A stretch of 64,000 nt of DNA from Lama glama. Lineage: Eukaryota. Under the pieces are notes generated by a model. It searched no databases and was not told where the DNA came from. It saw only the letters and a program-made list of their open reading frames with translations. Location of the stretch: the NCBI GenBank assembly GCA_028534125.1, contig CM052817.1:15750001-15814000 (forward strand), given 5' to 3'. Numbering within the stretch: position 1 is the stretch's first letter; each line of letters starts with the position of its first letter. The position numbers were made by a program, and so were the translations under genes. Below are positions 26,490-39,447 of the stretch, piece after piece.

Positions 26490-27037
26490 CTGGGAGGGCG
26501 GGGGAAACAAAAAAAGGCATTTGCCACTGCCGGTTACCCCAGTTTAAGGGCACGACGGAACATCCCCTGGAACTCCATGTTAAAGAAGCCGGCTTTGGCT
26601 TCCCAGCTACTAGGGAGATTTCCCAGTGACGCTTAGCGATCACCTAGTCAGCTTAGAGGTCTGGGAGTGATGTGTTCTCTTCCAGCGTCTCTCGTTGACG
26701 TGAACGCCGAACGCCAGTCTGGTACACTGCCAGCTTTATCTTGCATGGACCTCAACTACCCTGGCCCGGGGCAGCTCTCCAGGTAATGGAAAAAGTTAGA
26801 TGAGCAAGTTTCTTACAAATTGCTCTCTCTGATCTGACTGGCTCAAGGCACTGTGCTCAAGGATGACAGATTTAGGAGAAGATAGGGAGGAGTGAATGTG
26901 TAACAACAATCTTGTTAGATCCAGCAGCACCAAGAATGTGGTGGTAAGGGGCTGGGCTGCCTGTGGATTTTGAAAGCATTTTTTTTTTGACTTCCTGGGG
27001 ACTCCTTAGGCTTTGGGTGGGTTTTGACAAGGTTTAC

Positions 27038-27953
27038 CTTGAAGAGGATCTACTGCCTGGGGACCTTGATCTTGACCTGGAATATGGTGATCGGGAACAC
27101 GACCTGCGTCGAGAAAAGGACCTTGAAGGAGAGCGCATCCTTTGGGGTCTTTGAGAAAATAAGGATTTGGGTGGTGACACGGAATCTCTACACGGAGAGT
27201 TAAAAGAAGAGCAAGAAGGCGACACATCGAACAACGAATAGGGCTGCGCGCCATCCCACGGGGAGTTCAGTTTATCACTTTCATCTTCGCTGTCATCAAA
27301 CAGGCCATCCATGGCTAGTCCTGAATTTATAAACATAGGTAGTTTGGAGAATTGTTCATTACTGAAATCACTGTCCCTCAGTTCACTGGTCTTGTCTGCT
27401 TCGTCGTCAAAAACAGCTCGACTGGGATGGCCGAAATGCTTGTTCAGCTCAGCTCGGATTTCCTGGTCTTGGAGCTGTTTTCTGGTGCTGCCGGGAGAGA
27501 CCTGCCTGCTCGCCTCCGAAGTCTCTCTCAGGTAGCACTGGTCTGAATCTGTGGAAGGGCACATCTGCCCCTGCCAGTCGGAGGAAGCATCTTTGTATTC
27601 TAGTTGTCTAGAGTCTTGGAGCTCCTGTGATATATTAATAAGTATTTCCGTTTTGGAATTAATTGACTGACAATAGTCATGGTCACCAAACAGCCGCAGA
27701 CTGGGCCGCCTGGCCTTCCTTTCCTCGTGTCCACTGGTGAGCACTGAGGTCTTGCTGAGCTGTGCGTACAACTCCGACTGCTCCGGCCCTTTCTTGGTGG
27801 GGTTATTGCCTTGGGTACCAGAAGACTCACTGTACCGGGGCTTCTTTGATGGCGGAGGTACCACAGTCTTGCAAGAGGGCTTCAGCTTTGGAGAAGCCCT
27901 AAAAGGGTTATCTTGGTTGGCTTTATGAGGAGGAGTTGTGGGTGGAGTTAGAC
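27038..27953 (-). CDS. PPARGC1A: PPARGC1A exon 8 (916 bp): TPPTTPP phosphodegron, DHDY HCF-binding motif, start of RS domain
   Basis: ORF 27034..27864 plus upstream LTPPTTPPHKANQDNPFRASPKLK; acceptor ATCTCAG after a long polypyrimidine tract, donor GTAAAC. Confidence 0.99.
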
Positions 27954-30900
27954 CTGAGATAAGAACAGAAAAAAAAAAAAAAGGGAGAGAAAAAGAGAAA
28001 AGAGACAGGGATAATGTTATTAAACTCCAGAATCTGTTTTCCTAATTTTTCCAAGGTTTCAGACAATGATTAAAACTCAGGGAAAAGAGAAGGAAACTAA
28101 ATTCATGACAAGACCTGAAAAAGTGACTCTGTCCCCCGGAGCCTCTGGCACCAAGAAAAGATGAATCCACAATGCAAGGCAGCACTGGAAGCCGCAATAT
28201 TTTGTATTTCAAGCACCAGTGCTAACAGATCCGGCTTCCCAGAGAACACGGATGTGTCACCACCGGCCTCCACAGCACCAAAGCTCAGATTTTCAAGGGC
28301 ATCTTACAGTCTGTGTTATGGAAAATTAACGCGGCAGGACTCAGGGGAATCACAGAATAGCTTTGGTAGCATTTGTCTGCAAAGAACGCTGGGGAAGATG
28401 CATGTGGGTCAGGACTTTTTGTACAATCAAGGATATCTACCCACGCAGCCAAAGAACGAGGCGACTTTAAAAAAAGAAAAAAAAAAAAAAAAAAGGAAGG
28501 GATGACTGCAAATGCCGGGCAGGGTGGCAATGACACGGGCAACTTCAAAGTAAGTTTGGTAAAATCCAGCAAGCGAGCGCAGGGCACCAGACAACTCTCC
28601 AACCTGACGGCAATGATTCTTTGTCTCCACAGTTCATTAACTTAGTAAACCGTGGCTAATGTAGGTATAATACATTCTTGTAAGCATAACTAATACATTC
28701 TGTCTAAAATATGGTTCTGCAACAGAAACCTAAGTGAACAGTAACACTAAATACTGCAGTGCCAGCGGACCATTTTATTTGGAGCAGCACATTGGGGCAG
28801 GTTACGAGGCTAAGGGATTAAAAGGAATCCAAGCTTTTCGCAAATAACTAATTAAAGAAATGAAAAACTAAAGGAAGAAGGGAAAAAACAAAACCAAGCA
28901 AAACCTGGCAGTTGTTGCCCTTCTACAGAAGGGCAGACAATTCCATCAGAAGTCACGATGGGGAAGCCTGTGAAGGCTGGTTGCCTCTGTTCAGTTTCAC
29001 CCCCAAGTAAGTCCTTCTTGTCCCTTTGTGCCGAGGAAGAAGAATCGTGGAATGACTCCAGAGTCAGGGAACTTTGAAGAAGGGCAGGCTAGAGTTCAAA
29101 TAACTTCATGCTTACAAGGGAACATTTTAGTTTACAATACACTTTTTATTTAGGAGGATGGGTGAATGCTATTCAGCAAAAAAAAAAAGAACTTCAAGTC
29201 CGCTAACAAGCCTGGGGTTAGACTTAAGGCAACTGCATATTTCAAGGCGAGGCAGAGAAATCTTACCTCGCTGGGAAAAAAAAAAAGTATATATATTTAT
29301 CAAGAACCAAGTAGGTCACAGAAAGCCACACGAAATTTTGGTATGAACACAAAGACACTGCCTCTCTCCCCTACTTTACAATAAAGAGATAGAAGAAATG
29401 AATATTTTCCTTAACTTGAAAGATTTTGCACCCGCATTTGGCGAAGTTTATTATGCACAGTTAATTCTCCCTAAATAAGGGAAGAAAATGTCCAAAAATG
29501 CAAAGCTTTTTTGACTTTTAGAAATCTATCGCAGGAAAGTTTAGAATGACAGGGACATGCAAACACAAAGAGAAGAGGACACTGCTCTCCCTTAGTGCCA
29601 CATCCGAGTCTCAGGAAAGCGTCCCTTTATTAGCAGCCTACTGTATGCCTACCCCCAACTCTTGGCTCGAAGATAACGGGGCGGCGGTGGGGGTTGATGG
29701 CTGGGAGGAGAGACATTACTGGATGAGTCATCGCTATCAACAAAGCCCACTCATCCTGTGCTCCATCGTCCACAGACAAGTGTAACTTCCACTCAACCTA
29801 AGAAATCCCTACATGGCCAGTCTCCCCTCCCCTCTCCCCTTCCCCTCCGCCTGTCCCTCTTCCTCCTTCACTCCCTCCTCCCCTCAACTCTGGCTCTTTC
29901 TCTTTCTTTCCCTTATTTCTCTCTCCTTGTTTCCTTCACCTTTTGCACTGCCCCGTGCATTCACACTGATTTCTACCACACGCTACCTTCAATGACCACT
30001 ACACCAAATTTAAAGATACTAATTCTCAGCAAGCAAATGACAAGCTCTCAAACATTTCTCACAGGAAGCTAAGATGCTTGTAGAAACAATGATGAATAAC
30101 CTCTCTTTAATGAGTAAATAAGTCAAATACTCCAAATGACATAGCCTCTGAGTTGGGGAAAATGACATTCAACCTCCTCAAATGCAACTCCATGACTCTT
30201 TTCCTGATACTCTGAATTAGGGCAATTTTTACTTTTCCAATAATTTACTGCCAGGATCACTCACCTGATGCTCATCAGATATTGCTATGTTTTCCTGCTT
30301 ATCTCTTTTTGAATGTGAATTATATCTTGTCTCTCCAAACAGATTAGAAACTCTTAGTGGAATGTTGCTTGGGCCACGTTTTTTGCAAAATTTTTCACTC
30401 CTTTTGATTTTTCTGGATCCTCCTTTACTTGTGAGTCTCCCATTTCGGTGGCCCAGGGGTCACTTGGGAAGCTGGCCAAATATTTTTAATGACAAAGTTC
30501 ACAGACCACATACGGAGAGCCACTGTCCTGTCGTGTTATGAGGTCCCTTGCCTTGATCTCAGGTATATGTATTTTGACTGACATTCTAGACTTATAAAAA
30601 GAAACTCTGAACTTCAGAAACACCAAATTAGGCCACTATTAAAGAGAGACTAGTTCTAAAAATAGCTCAGCTATCTAGGGATTTTAAATATAGAAATTCT
30701 TTTTAGTCTTGAACATTCGAAACCCTTGTCCTTAGAACCTAAGCTCATTATCGCTTAAATAACTGGTTCTCAAGCTGCTCTTGGAAGTGCCGACACCCAC
30801 TCTGATTGTAGTTTCTTGGAGTGAAAAACAAAGTCTTTTACTTCTTTCACTTATTAGATGGCCTGTGGCAATTAAACAGACATTTGCTGAGCAACTACTA

Positions 30901-33900
30901 TGTGCTGAATATTCCACCGTATGCTGGCATTTCAGGGACTCAGCTCTCAGGACTCCCGCATTCTTTTCAATAAAGAGATAATTGTTCAAAATTTGCAGTA
31001 GGTACACTTTCTTGCCTATCAGCTTAAAATTTACAGGAACACTCTGAGATAACCAAGTACACCCGGTGAGTGAAACCATCAGGGCTGCACCTGTCTGTCG
31101 GCAAGTCTGGTGAAAACAACAAACAACACTCGCTTAGTAGAGGGAACTTATTCTAGGGTCTGAGAGTAGGTGGGTAGGGAAAACTGATTCAGATCTTTCC
31201 CTGAACTTTTTTACTGTTTACAAAAACTCCTTTTATCCGAGAATACCCTAGAGCAAGACTGAGAAATCTCAAGTACCCCAAAACTTCCTACCACCAGCAC
31301 CTAATTGAAAATCTATTTCCAGATTGAGTTGAGACTCAGAGCAAAATGAAGTACAAGAAGCACTTTTTTTCTTCCTTTCAACACAATGTCCAACTTTCAG
31401 TTGCTGAGGCTGTGACAGGGAACCTCTGGCTGCACAACTGAACTAACTGGATTTCTCTCACCCCATCTCCCCGACCCAGAATCTCTTCCCCGGTGGGCGG
31501 AGGGCAGCCAGTACTCAACGCCTCAACGCCACTACCCTGGCTCATCTTCCCACTAATCGCCAGACTCTCAATTTCATCCCACAAGCCTAAATCAACAGTG
31601 CTAATGCCTCCCATAACCTCCGGATTCTTTCCTATGTGTTGATTTTCTGGGGAATGTGTACATTTTGGTGTTGACAGTACCAGGTATATTCCATGCTCTC
31701 TCTTGAACTTAGCAGGTTTTGACAGATTTATGTGAGGACAGATGGCCATTACAGGCTGAAGGCTGACAAGAGGCAGTTCAGAACATTGTTAACACACTTG
31801 CACAAACTCTCAGCAGTGCAGCACTGTGCAGAATGTAATTCAGACTATAGCTTTTTTATTGCTGCCTATTTTCTTTTGTCAAAAGAGCCTGCTGTGCAGA
31901 GCAACAAATGGCTGCTATTACCCAGAATGTAATGGGTGTCAGACAAATCACGTAACACAAACAATCAAGAGTATGTAGGTCATATTTCAACAGAGCACAA
32001 CCTTAGCAATATTTATGATTACTGCATTGAAATGTGCTCTATAATAAACAAGTACCTCTACATCACTTACACTTACGCACTTCTGCACAGCAAATCTGGG
32101 GGAAGTGGGACACAGTCCACAGTTATCTTTTTCAACAGCCCCTTTCCCCCCCCCCAAAAAAAGTCAGAGACAAGTTTTGTTTTCTTTTGTTTTTCATTAC
32201 GTGCTATAAAACGATTTCCTTTGAGGAGTTCTCTTGTTGGGTTTCTTTGCTTAATTGAATGACTCTGATAAATGGGGAGTCCTCTGCTCAGTGTTTTGTG
32301 TTCCACTCTTCACCCAGTGATTTCGGCAAGGTTTTTTTCTTTTCAGTAGTTTACACAATTTTCCTGTTTACATTTGACAGAATCGACCGCTAAATCTGTG
32401 ACTCGCTTTGGAGTTTGACAGTGGGATTCTTCTTGGGTCGCATGCCAATTCCAGTATTTCTTAAGGAAAAATAATGAGAAGATGTGCTTCTGATTTGCTT
32501 AAAAACCCACCAAAAAAGGAGGGACTGGGCAGACTTGGGAGACTGTGACTTGAGTTCCAAGCACATATTTTAGGCCTCAAGAACTTGGAGTGGATGTCAA
32601 GAGAACACAGGAAGGGCTGATAGTCCATAGGAACTGTTACTGCTACATCAGTTGTTAAAATATTTTCTTGATAAAAGCTCCTCCAGCGCCCTCTCTTCAC
32701 CCCTAACTTCCCCCAGACTCCCTGGATCTCCACAAGAGCTGGCAACCAAGGTGTTAACACCTGGTACAGAAGGGCCTCCCACCCCATTCTGGTACCCAAG
32801 CTGGCATGTCCAGTCTGACAGATGGAGACCCTGTCTTTACTCCCTTTTAAGTATGTCCTACATCACCCCGGATTACTGGGGAACACACTGGCCTTACAGA
32901 AAAGCTTCACAACATTCCTATGACACATGTCTAATCCCCCAACTCTTGCTCATGGAAGCGGAAGATAATATAAACTGGCCCTCGGGCACTTTGCCACAGA
33001 CCTGGGGCAGGAGAGGGGGTCGGGGTGGGAGAGGGTGAAGTCGGTCTTTGCTGGTGTCTCCCACCAAACGCCTGAGGCTGATGTGGGTAAGCGTATCACT
33101 TTACTATCCTTGGCTTAAAAGAAATTGGATAGTACCATTTCCAGAAAAGAAACCTGAAGAACTTTTCAGATGCTGGGGAGAGAAGAATGAGATTAAAAAT
33201 TTAAAAAAAAAATGAAGGAGATGCTTGAAATATGGAAGAAATTCCTGTCACTATGAGTTGCCAAACATTGGAATAGGCTATAAAAAGAATTTGTCGGGCC
33301 TCCCTTTCTTGGCATCTTCAGGCACAGGAATGGATTATATGACCTGTCAAAATCACTTTCCAGTTCTCTGTCGCTGTGGTTTTCCTTTAAAACTACCAAC
33401 TATTGCTTACATTTTGCTTTGGTCTATTTCTCTACAGATAAGTCACATCCAAAAGACGTCTATGGCAAAAGGATACAGCAAATTTATGCTGTTTGTCAAT
33501 ATTCTAGCCAGCAAAATGAACTTTTAAATGGGAAGTCCAAAAAAGACAATCTAAAACTCCACATAAAAGAATAAGAAATTACTCATTGATTGGTTAATGA
33601 GTGGGTTTTTTTAAGTGCAAGCCTACTGAAGCGCACTTTGAGTGACTGCCAGTTTAAACCAAGGGAAGACACTGAGTGAAAAACAAATGACACCAAAAAA
33701 TCAGAAGTCTGCCATCATGATAATCAAGGGGAAACGTACATCTCAGTGGAGGAAAACACTGCTAAGGCAGGGTATTAGGGTGAAGAGACTGCTGATTATT
33801 CTGTTTTTCTCATTTTCTTAACTAGCTCTAAAATAATTATATTGTTTCTTATTACCTTTATAGTAGTAACAATAAAACATTTATATAAAATACACATACA

Positions 33901-34150
33901 TATGCATACATATATACATATATATACACACACATATGTAAATAAAATACGGCTGTCAGTCACTTTGGTCCCTAACTAAATCCCTCCATGTCCTGCAGTT
34001 AAAACCATCATGTTGTTGAGCTGACACTGCTTTGCCATTCCCATTTCAGTAACAAAAAGTCTAGCACTCTGCAACTCTCCATATGCAATAGATTTAAATG
34101 CCTTCTGCCAAAAGAGCATTCTCTTTCCTCTCATCTTGCTTTACTAACAG

Positions 34151-34179
34151 CTATTTTGAAATCAAATTAGTTTTTACAC
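34151..34179 (-). CDS. PPARGC1A: Alternative exon 8a coding part in intron 7, (G)VKTNLISK-stop
   Basis: Acceptor CTTCTCTTTTACAG followed by GT GTA AAA ACT AAT TTG ATT TCA AAA TAG, in phase with exon 7; peptide matches my recollection of the human 8a isoform C-terminus. Confidence 0.8.
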
Positions 34180-35169
34180 CTGTAAAAGAGAAGCGTTTTT
34201 TTTATCAGCCAAAATGAGCTAGTTTAGGACAATCACAAAGTCAGACCATCTGGTGATACCTAATAAAGCAAACTTCCCGTCTCACCCCTCCTGTTTCCCG
34301 AAGACGCTGCAGATGGGGCAGAGGGCTGATTCTGGAGGTCTTAGAATTTTGTTGACTCTTTGCACTTTCACTTAAAGGTTTGGAAAAATCTCACTAAAAT
34401 TTGTGAGAGTAAAGAAAAAGAAGACACCAGAAAGGCCTGGGCAATAGCTTAATCCATTTCCTCAGTCCCAACTAAACACATCAAGGGTGTACACCAAGGA
34501 TCAACAAATCAACAACATGAATGCTGTCTCCACCCTGCCTACCCTCCTGCTGCACCTGTGGCAGACATCACTAATCGATCATGACACTCCCACTGAGTAC
34601 AGACTTGGCCTTAGAATCCTTCTCAACACAATGCTTCTGGCAGCCGATACCAATCAATGACACTTGGCAAGTGAAATCAAACCTAAAATTTAACATAACA
34701 GATGCCCACTACTATCTTTAAAATTCAGGCTTCAGGAAAAAGACACCATCTCTAGTCAGACAGACCGGCCTTGAACCCAGGGTCCACCACAGACCTAGAA
34801 TCAACGTATTGCTTTTTCCTCAACAATTAAATGGGCAGAGAGTCGGGAAAAAAAATACATGTGAAGTGCCTACTAGGGAGTGTCTAACCTCCAGAATTTG
34901 CAGTGACAGCAGAAGTACCTGTTGTTAAGAGAATATCCAAGAGGAGATTTTCCTACTTTGATTTGGCAAATCCCACACCCACACCTAAAGCATGGGGTAC
35001 CTGACCACAAAAAGAATACATAACTTCACATATGAGAATGCCAAAGAGGAGAAAGCATGAAGGCCAATAAAAGGAAACAGGTAAAGGTAGTCAAAAATCG
35101 AACCGATGAGCAGCAAGGAACAGTGACACCTGCAGATGAATTTAACATAGGATTAGTAATCAACCAAAT

Positions 35170-35410
35170 TGATTGAACACTTACATATGCTGGCACTGGA
35201 CTCAGCTTTGTTCGTGTTTGAGCTCATTTAATTCTCACAGTGACTCAGTGAGATGTAGGTACTGTCATTAGCTTCATTTGCTACATGGGCATCCTGAGTC
35301 TCACAGAATTTAATTAAATTGACCAAAGGTCATAAAGCTAAAGGAGAGTAGATCCAGAATTTGAACTTGGGTCTGTCCAATATCAGAGCCAAATTTTGTC
35401 CAGCTTCACT
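35170..35410 (-). mobile_element. MIR
   Basis: CTCATTTAATTCTCACAG...GTAGGTACTGTCATT...CCAAAGGTCAT...GAATTTGAAC. Confidence 0.6.
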
Positions 35411-36784
35411 CAACTAAGCTGTCTGATTTTTAGAAATCATAATTGACTGCTTTTATTTGGAGCTTTGAAGCTTACAAAATATACTGGTTCAGACTGAACC
35501 ACATGAAATTGCCCTTTTTTTGGTATGTCAAAAATGTTGAATACTGGCAGTTTTATGTTTCCACGTATACTTTAGTATCTTCTGTTCCACTGCTATCTTC
35601 TCCCCTTTCCACCTACATGCTTGAAAATCTGATGCAAACACTTTTCTCCCTTAAGGCTCCCCAAGTCAGTGGAGAGCTCAATTTCCTCCAAATGCCTTTT
35701 CAGAAACCAGCTCTGTCATTCACTGCATAATGGTATCGCCTTAATGCTTCTCTCAGTCCTGAGCTGTCTTCACAATGCTTTTCAAACTTTTGCACACCCA
35801 GGGTATTTAATGTGAAGCTACGTTACAGTGTTCCCTTTGATAACTTCTTTTCTTCCCTTTGGTGATTTTCTTGAGGCACAGTGTTTGTCACATCCCCCAA
35901 ACACGACTACATGAAAAATTTTACTAAAGATGTTTAGTGGAGATAGAGGTCGTGAACGTTACACATTGTCTAGCATTTCAAACCCACAAAACGGCTATCA
36001 GAGAAAACAAAACTAAACAAAACCAAACCCTGTCCTCCCCCCATCGCCCCCTGCAGGCCGGTTTCAAACTTGCCCCTTCAGCCCTTTTCTACAACCTCTG
36101 TCTTCATCTCTTAAATCTCCTGCAGCTCTAAATTATTTTGTATGTAATCCAATTTGACCGCACATCTGCTTGCCTAATTTGCATCTGCACTCTGAATACT
36201 ACCGTGCTTAACAAATGAAAAAGCAACCTCTGGATCCATATTCCTTAGGAGGTAGCAAAACATGATAAATAATACACAATATTTTCCTTTCATGTTACTT
36301 GTGTACAATACGTATGATTTTCCCAACTGACTATAAGCCCAAATCTTGGACACAAGAACACAAGAACTTAAACAGCACCTACTGTGAGCCAAGTACGGTA
36401 CTTCATACTGTGCACACTTAGTCTCTATGTCTTACATTCGCTGTTACAATCCCAAGACCTATCACACTGCAAGCATAGAGCAGGTATTAAAAAAACGTTG
36501 GTAAACTGATTTCCACTGTACTCAACAACCTTTCAAAGCACTGAAAAAAAAGAGATTTGAATGAGTACGCTGAATTCTGGTTCACCAACAGAAAGAAATC
36601 CACTGCATATATTTTTAAGGATTTTAAGTGTTTTTTTTTAAAAACTTCTTCATTAAACCTTCACTGGCCTTTCAAATTTATAACTAATTTATTTAAAATT
36701 AGGTATCTATCAATAAAAGAAATATTAAAACTTCTGACAAAAAGAAAACAAAAATAAGTGCTTTTTTGGTAACACAATAATTTC

Positions 36785-37400
36785 ACCAATAGTAGAAATG
36801 CAAATTAAATGATATTTTAATAAATTAGCAACACATTTTAAAAACAAAGATACTTAATGCTGGCAAGGATGTAATAAAGCAAATATATAGACATAGAGCT
36901 CACAGGGTGATAAGTGGAAATGCCTTTTTTGGAAAGTAATGTGGCAATGTGTATCAGAAGCCCCCCAAGATATTTATATCCTTATAGTCAGTTTAAACAA
37001 CTACTAGGAATTTATTTTGAGAAGTATTAAAATTTACCAACAAAGGTTCCCACTGCAGTGCTATTTCCAAATGCTAACCCTTGAAAACAACCTAAATGTA
37101 TAACAGTAAAAGAATAATTCAATAAATGTTGATAAAATTTGATGTACCTACTCAAACTACTGTTACACAGCAAGCTAAGAGCCTGATAATAAAAGGTCTG
37201 TGATGATGTAAAACTTCCTTATTAAAACATTAATTGAAAAATCAGGATGCAATGTTCCGTATATACAAAATGATCACAGATGCAAAAGTATCCACAGAAA
37301 ACAATGTAGAATGATGAACAACTTTTTCCTCTAGTTTGTATTTTTGATATTTTTAATAGTAAGCTTACATTATTTATAATCAGGGAAAAATAAAAAAAAA
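36785..37400 (+). mobile_element. Old L1M(E)-type fragment
   Basis: AGAAATGCAAATTAAA...TGCTGGCAAGGATGT...TTTGGAAAGTAATGTGGCAAT...AAACAACCTAAATGT. Confidence 0.65.
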
Positions 37401-39342
37401 ATGTTTCTCTAATGGAAAGCTTGGTATTGGTATATACAGTGGAAGCTTTCTCAATCCTGTCTAAAATACAGTTACTCACACCCACCGGCATTCTGAATAC
37501 TCGGAGTTAACAGATTCCTTTCAGCTGCGTTCTTATTGTGTGTCAAGGTAGTGTGTTTTCCCAAATCCATTAATGTCCATCATACTGGTGACTGAAATTA
37601 TGTAAGATAATAAAATATGATGTGAATGAATGAGATATGAGCAAGAAAAGCTGTTTCTCTAAAAAGACCCAATAAAGGTATGTCATTAAAAGAAGGGCTA
37701 TCAAATTACTGAGTGGTATCAGAAAATACTGGGAAAACATGGGGAATTATGATTACGATTTATGTAAAAAAAATCATAAAAATCTAGAATGATTCTTCAC
37801 TCAGCCTCCCACACAAATATCCTTAATTCTTTTCCTTCAGAAAGCAAGAAAGGAGAAGTGGCTACCATCTCTGACGCTTACTAGTGCAGGATGTGCCAGG
37901 AAGATGAACGGATTCCAGGTAGCAAATTTAAGTTCATGGCAAAGGTCTCTGTCTTATGCCAAAAGTTTTATATTTGAATGTATATTTATGTTTTAAGCAA
38001 AAGGAAAAGGACAAAACTGTGTATACGTCAATCAACTTTTTAGATAAATCCAAGCACTCACTCACTGATCAGCTAAGAAAGCCTCTACTGCACCTAATAA
38101 ATACACACAAAAGTTACTTATAATCACATATGCAATTGTAATTTATTTAAGAATGATACTATGTATATGCTTTATAAGTGAATACATGTGTGTATATGTA
38201 TAGAATGATATATTTATATATGTGCACACACACACAAAATATATATAAATACCATGAAATTAACTGCTCTGCTGCTTGACCAAATCATGCAATCAGGCAA
38301 TAGACCTTTCATAAGGAGGTAATTTAGCAAACTCAAAGTGTGAAATTAAACTTAGTGACAATGACCACGGTGCGTGTAGGCACCACAGTTCTGCTTGAGA
38401 GCATCTTGTTTAACATACTGTTCCTTTTCCCTTATCAGCAATGGCCAGAGCCAGGAAACTCCTTGTTCAGACATCCTCAGATTCACTTTCTGGTGGGGTT
38501 CAAGTACCGAAACCCGAGCACTTAGTGCAAAGGTGCCGTCTGCACTCAGCTCAGAAGTCTCCCTGGGAACTTTTTGGATTAGTAAGTTTCTTAGGGGTTA
38601 GTTCAAGTTTTAAAGTTTCTTCCTCTTCAGAACATGAAGGAAGACTGGCCAAATGAGTTCAGAGGTCCCAATGATGAAGAAAATTGCTCTTGTTAAAAAA
38701 AAGTTAAGGACATTTTGTTTTGGTGAATGGGTACATTTTCATCTTTCTCCTTTTGCTGAAAAGGTATAAAAATAGTAACATATATAGGAGGGCATTATAC
38801 GGTTAAGTACAATGGAGAGAGAGAAAATATTTCATGTGAAGCATTGATCATTAGTAAACCCGGGTTCAAATCTTTGCTCCTTGCTTTCTAGCTCCGTGAT
38901 CTTGGGCAAGTTGATTAACATCTCTGAACCTTATTTTCTCATCTTAAAAATTAAAAAAAAACAAACTACCACCTTTCTCATGAAGTCGTTGTGAAATTAG
39001 CCAAAATCACTTATATGCTTGGCCTATTTATTGAATTGGAGACCAATAAATGTTCATTTCTTCTCCTTTTCAAGTTTTGGTGTCTTAATGTGAAATAGGT
39101 TTATTTGTGGATCCAAATCAGTAATATACACAAAGGGTCTGGCCCAGGCCTAACACACAATAAATGTCTCCTTTAAAAAAAAAAAATAAACAATTGAAAA
39201 TATTTATAGAAACTTCCTATCCAATGTTGTTTGCATTCTTTGTTAATTTCATTAATCACCTAGCGAATACACTCTATTGTTTAATACACAATTCACAGAC
39301 ATGCTCACCCACACAAAAGGTCCAGGTGAAAGTAAGGCTTAC

Positions 39343-39416
39343 CTGCAGTTCCAGAGAGTTCCACACTTAAGGTTCGTTCAATAGTCTTGTTCTCAAATGG
39401 GGAACCCTTGGGGTCA
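39343..39416 (-). CDS. PPARGC1A: PPARGC1A exon 7 (74 bp)
   Basis: Translates DPKGSPFENKTIERTLSVELSGTA(G); acceptor CTTCCAG, donor GTAAGC. Confidence 0.97.
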
Positions 39417-39447
39417 CTGGAAGATATGGCACATTTATAAAAACAAA
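39417..39447 (-). CDS. PPARGC1A: 31-nt alternative 5' extension of exon 7 (NT-PGC-1alpha), ends ...SPNLFL-stop
   Basis: Upstream acceptor CATTTCAG then TTTGTTTTTATAAATGTGCCATATCTTCCAG (31 nt); in-frame TAA at 39435-39437. Confidence 0.9.

Noticed and set aside
27034..27037. Stop codon immediately after exon 8 on intron retention (AG|G TAA)
   Set aside because: TAA is simply part of the GTAA donor consensus; no independent evidence for an isoform.
27385..27387. Ser at position 482 (the human G482S risk allele)
   Set aside because: To my knowledge Ser is the usual state in non-human mammals, so it is not remarkable here.
37470..38090. Possible Tigger-like DNA transposon remnant
   Set aside because: Only a vague resemblance; no terminal inverted repeats or transposase motif could be confirmed by eye.
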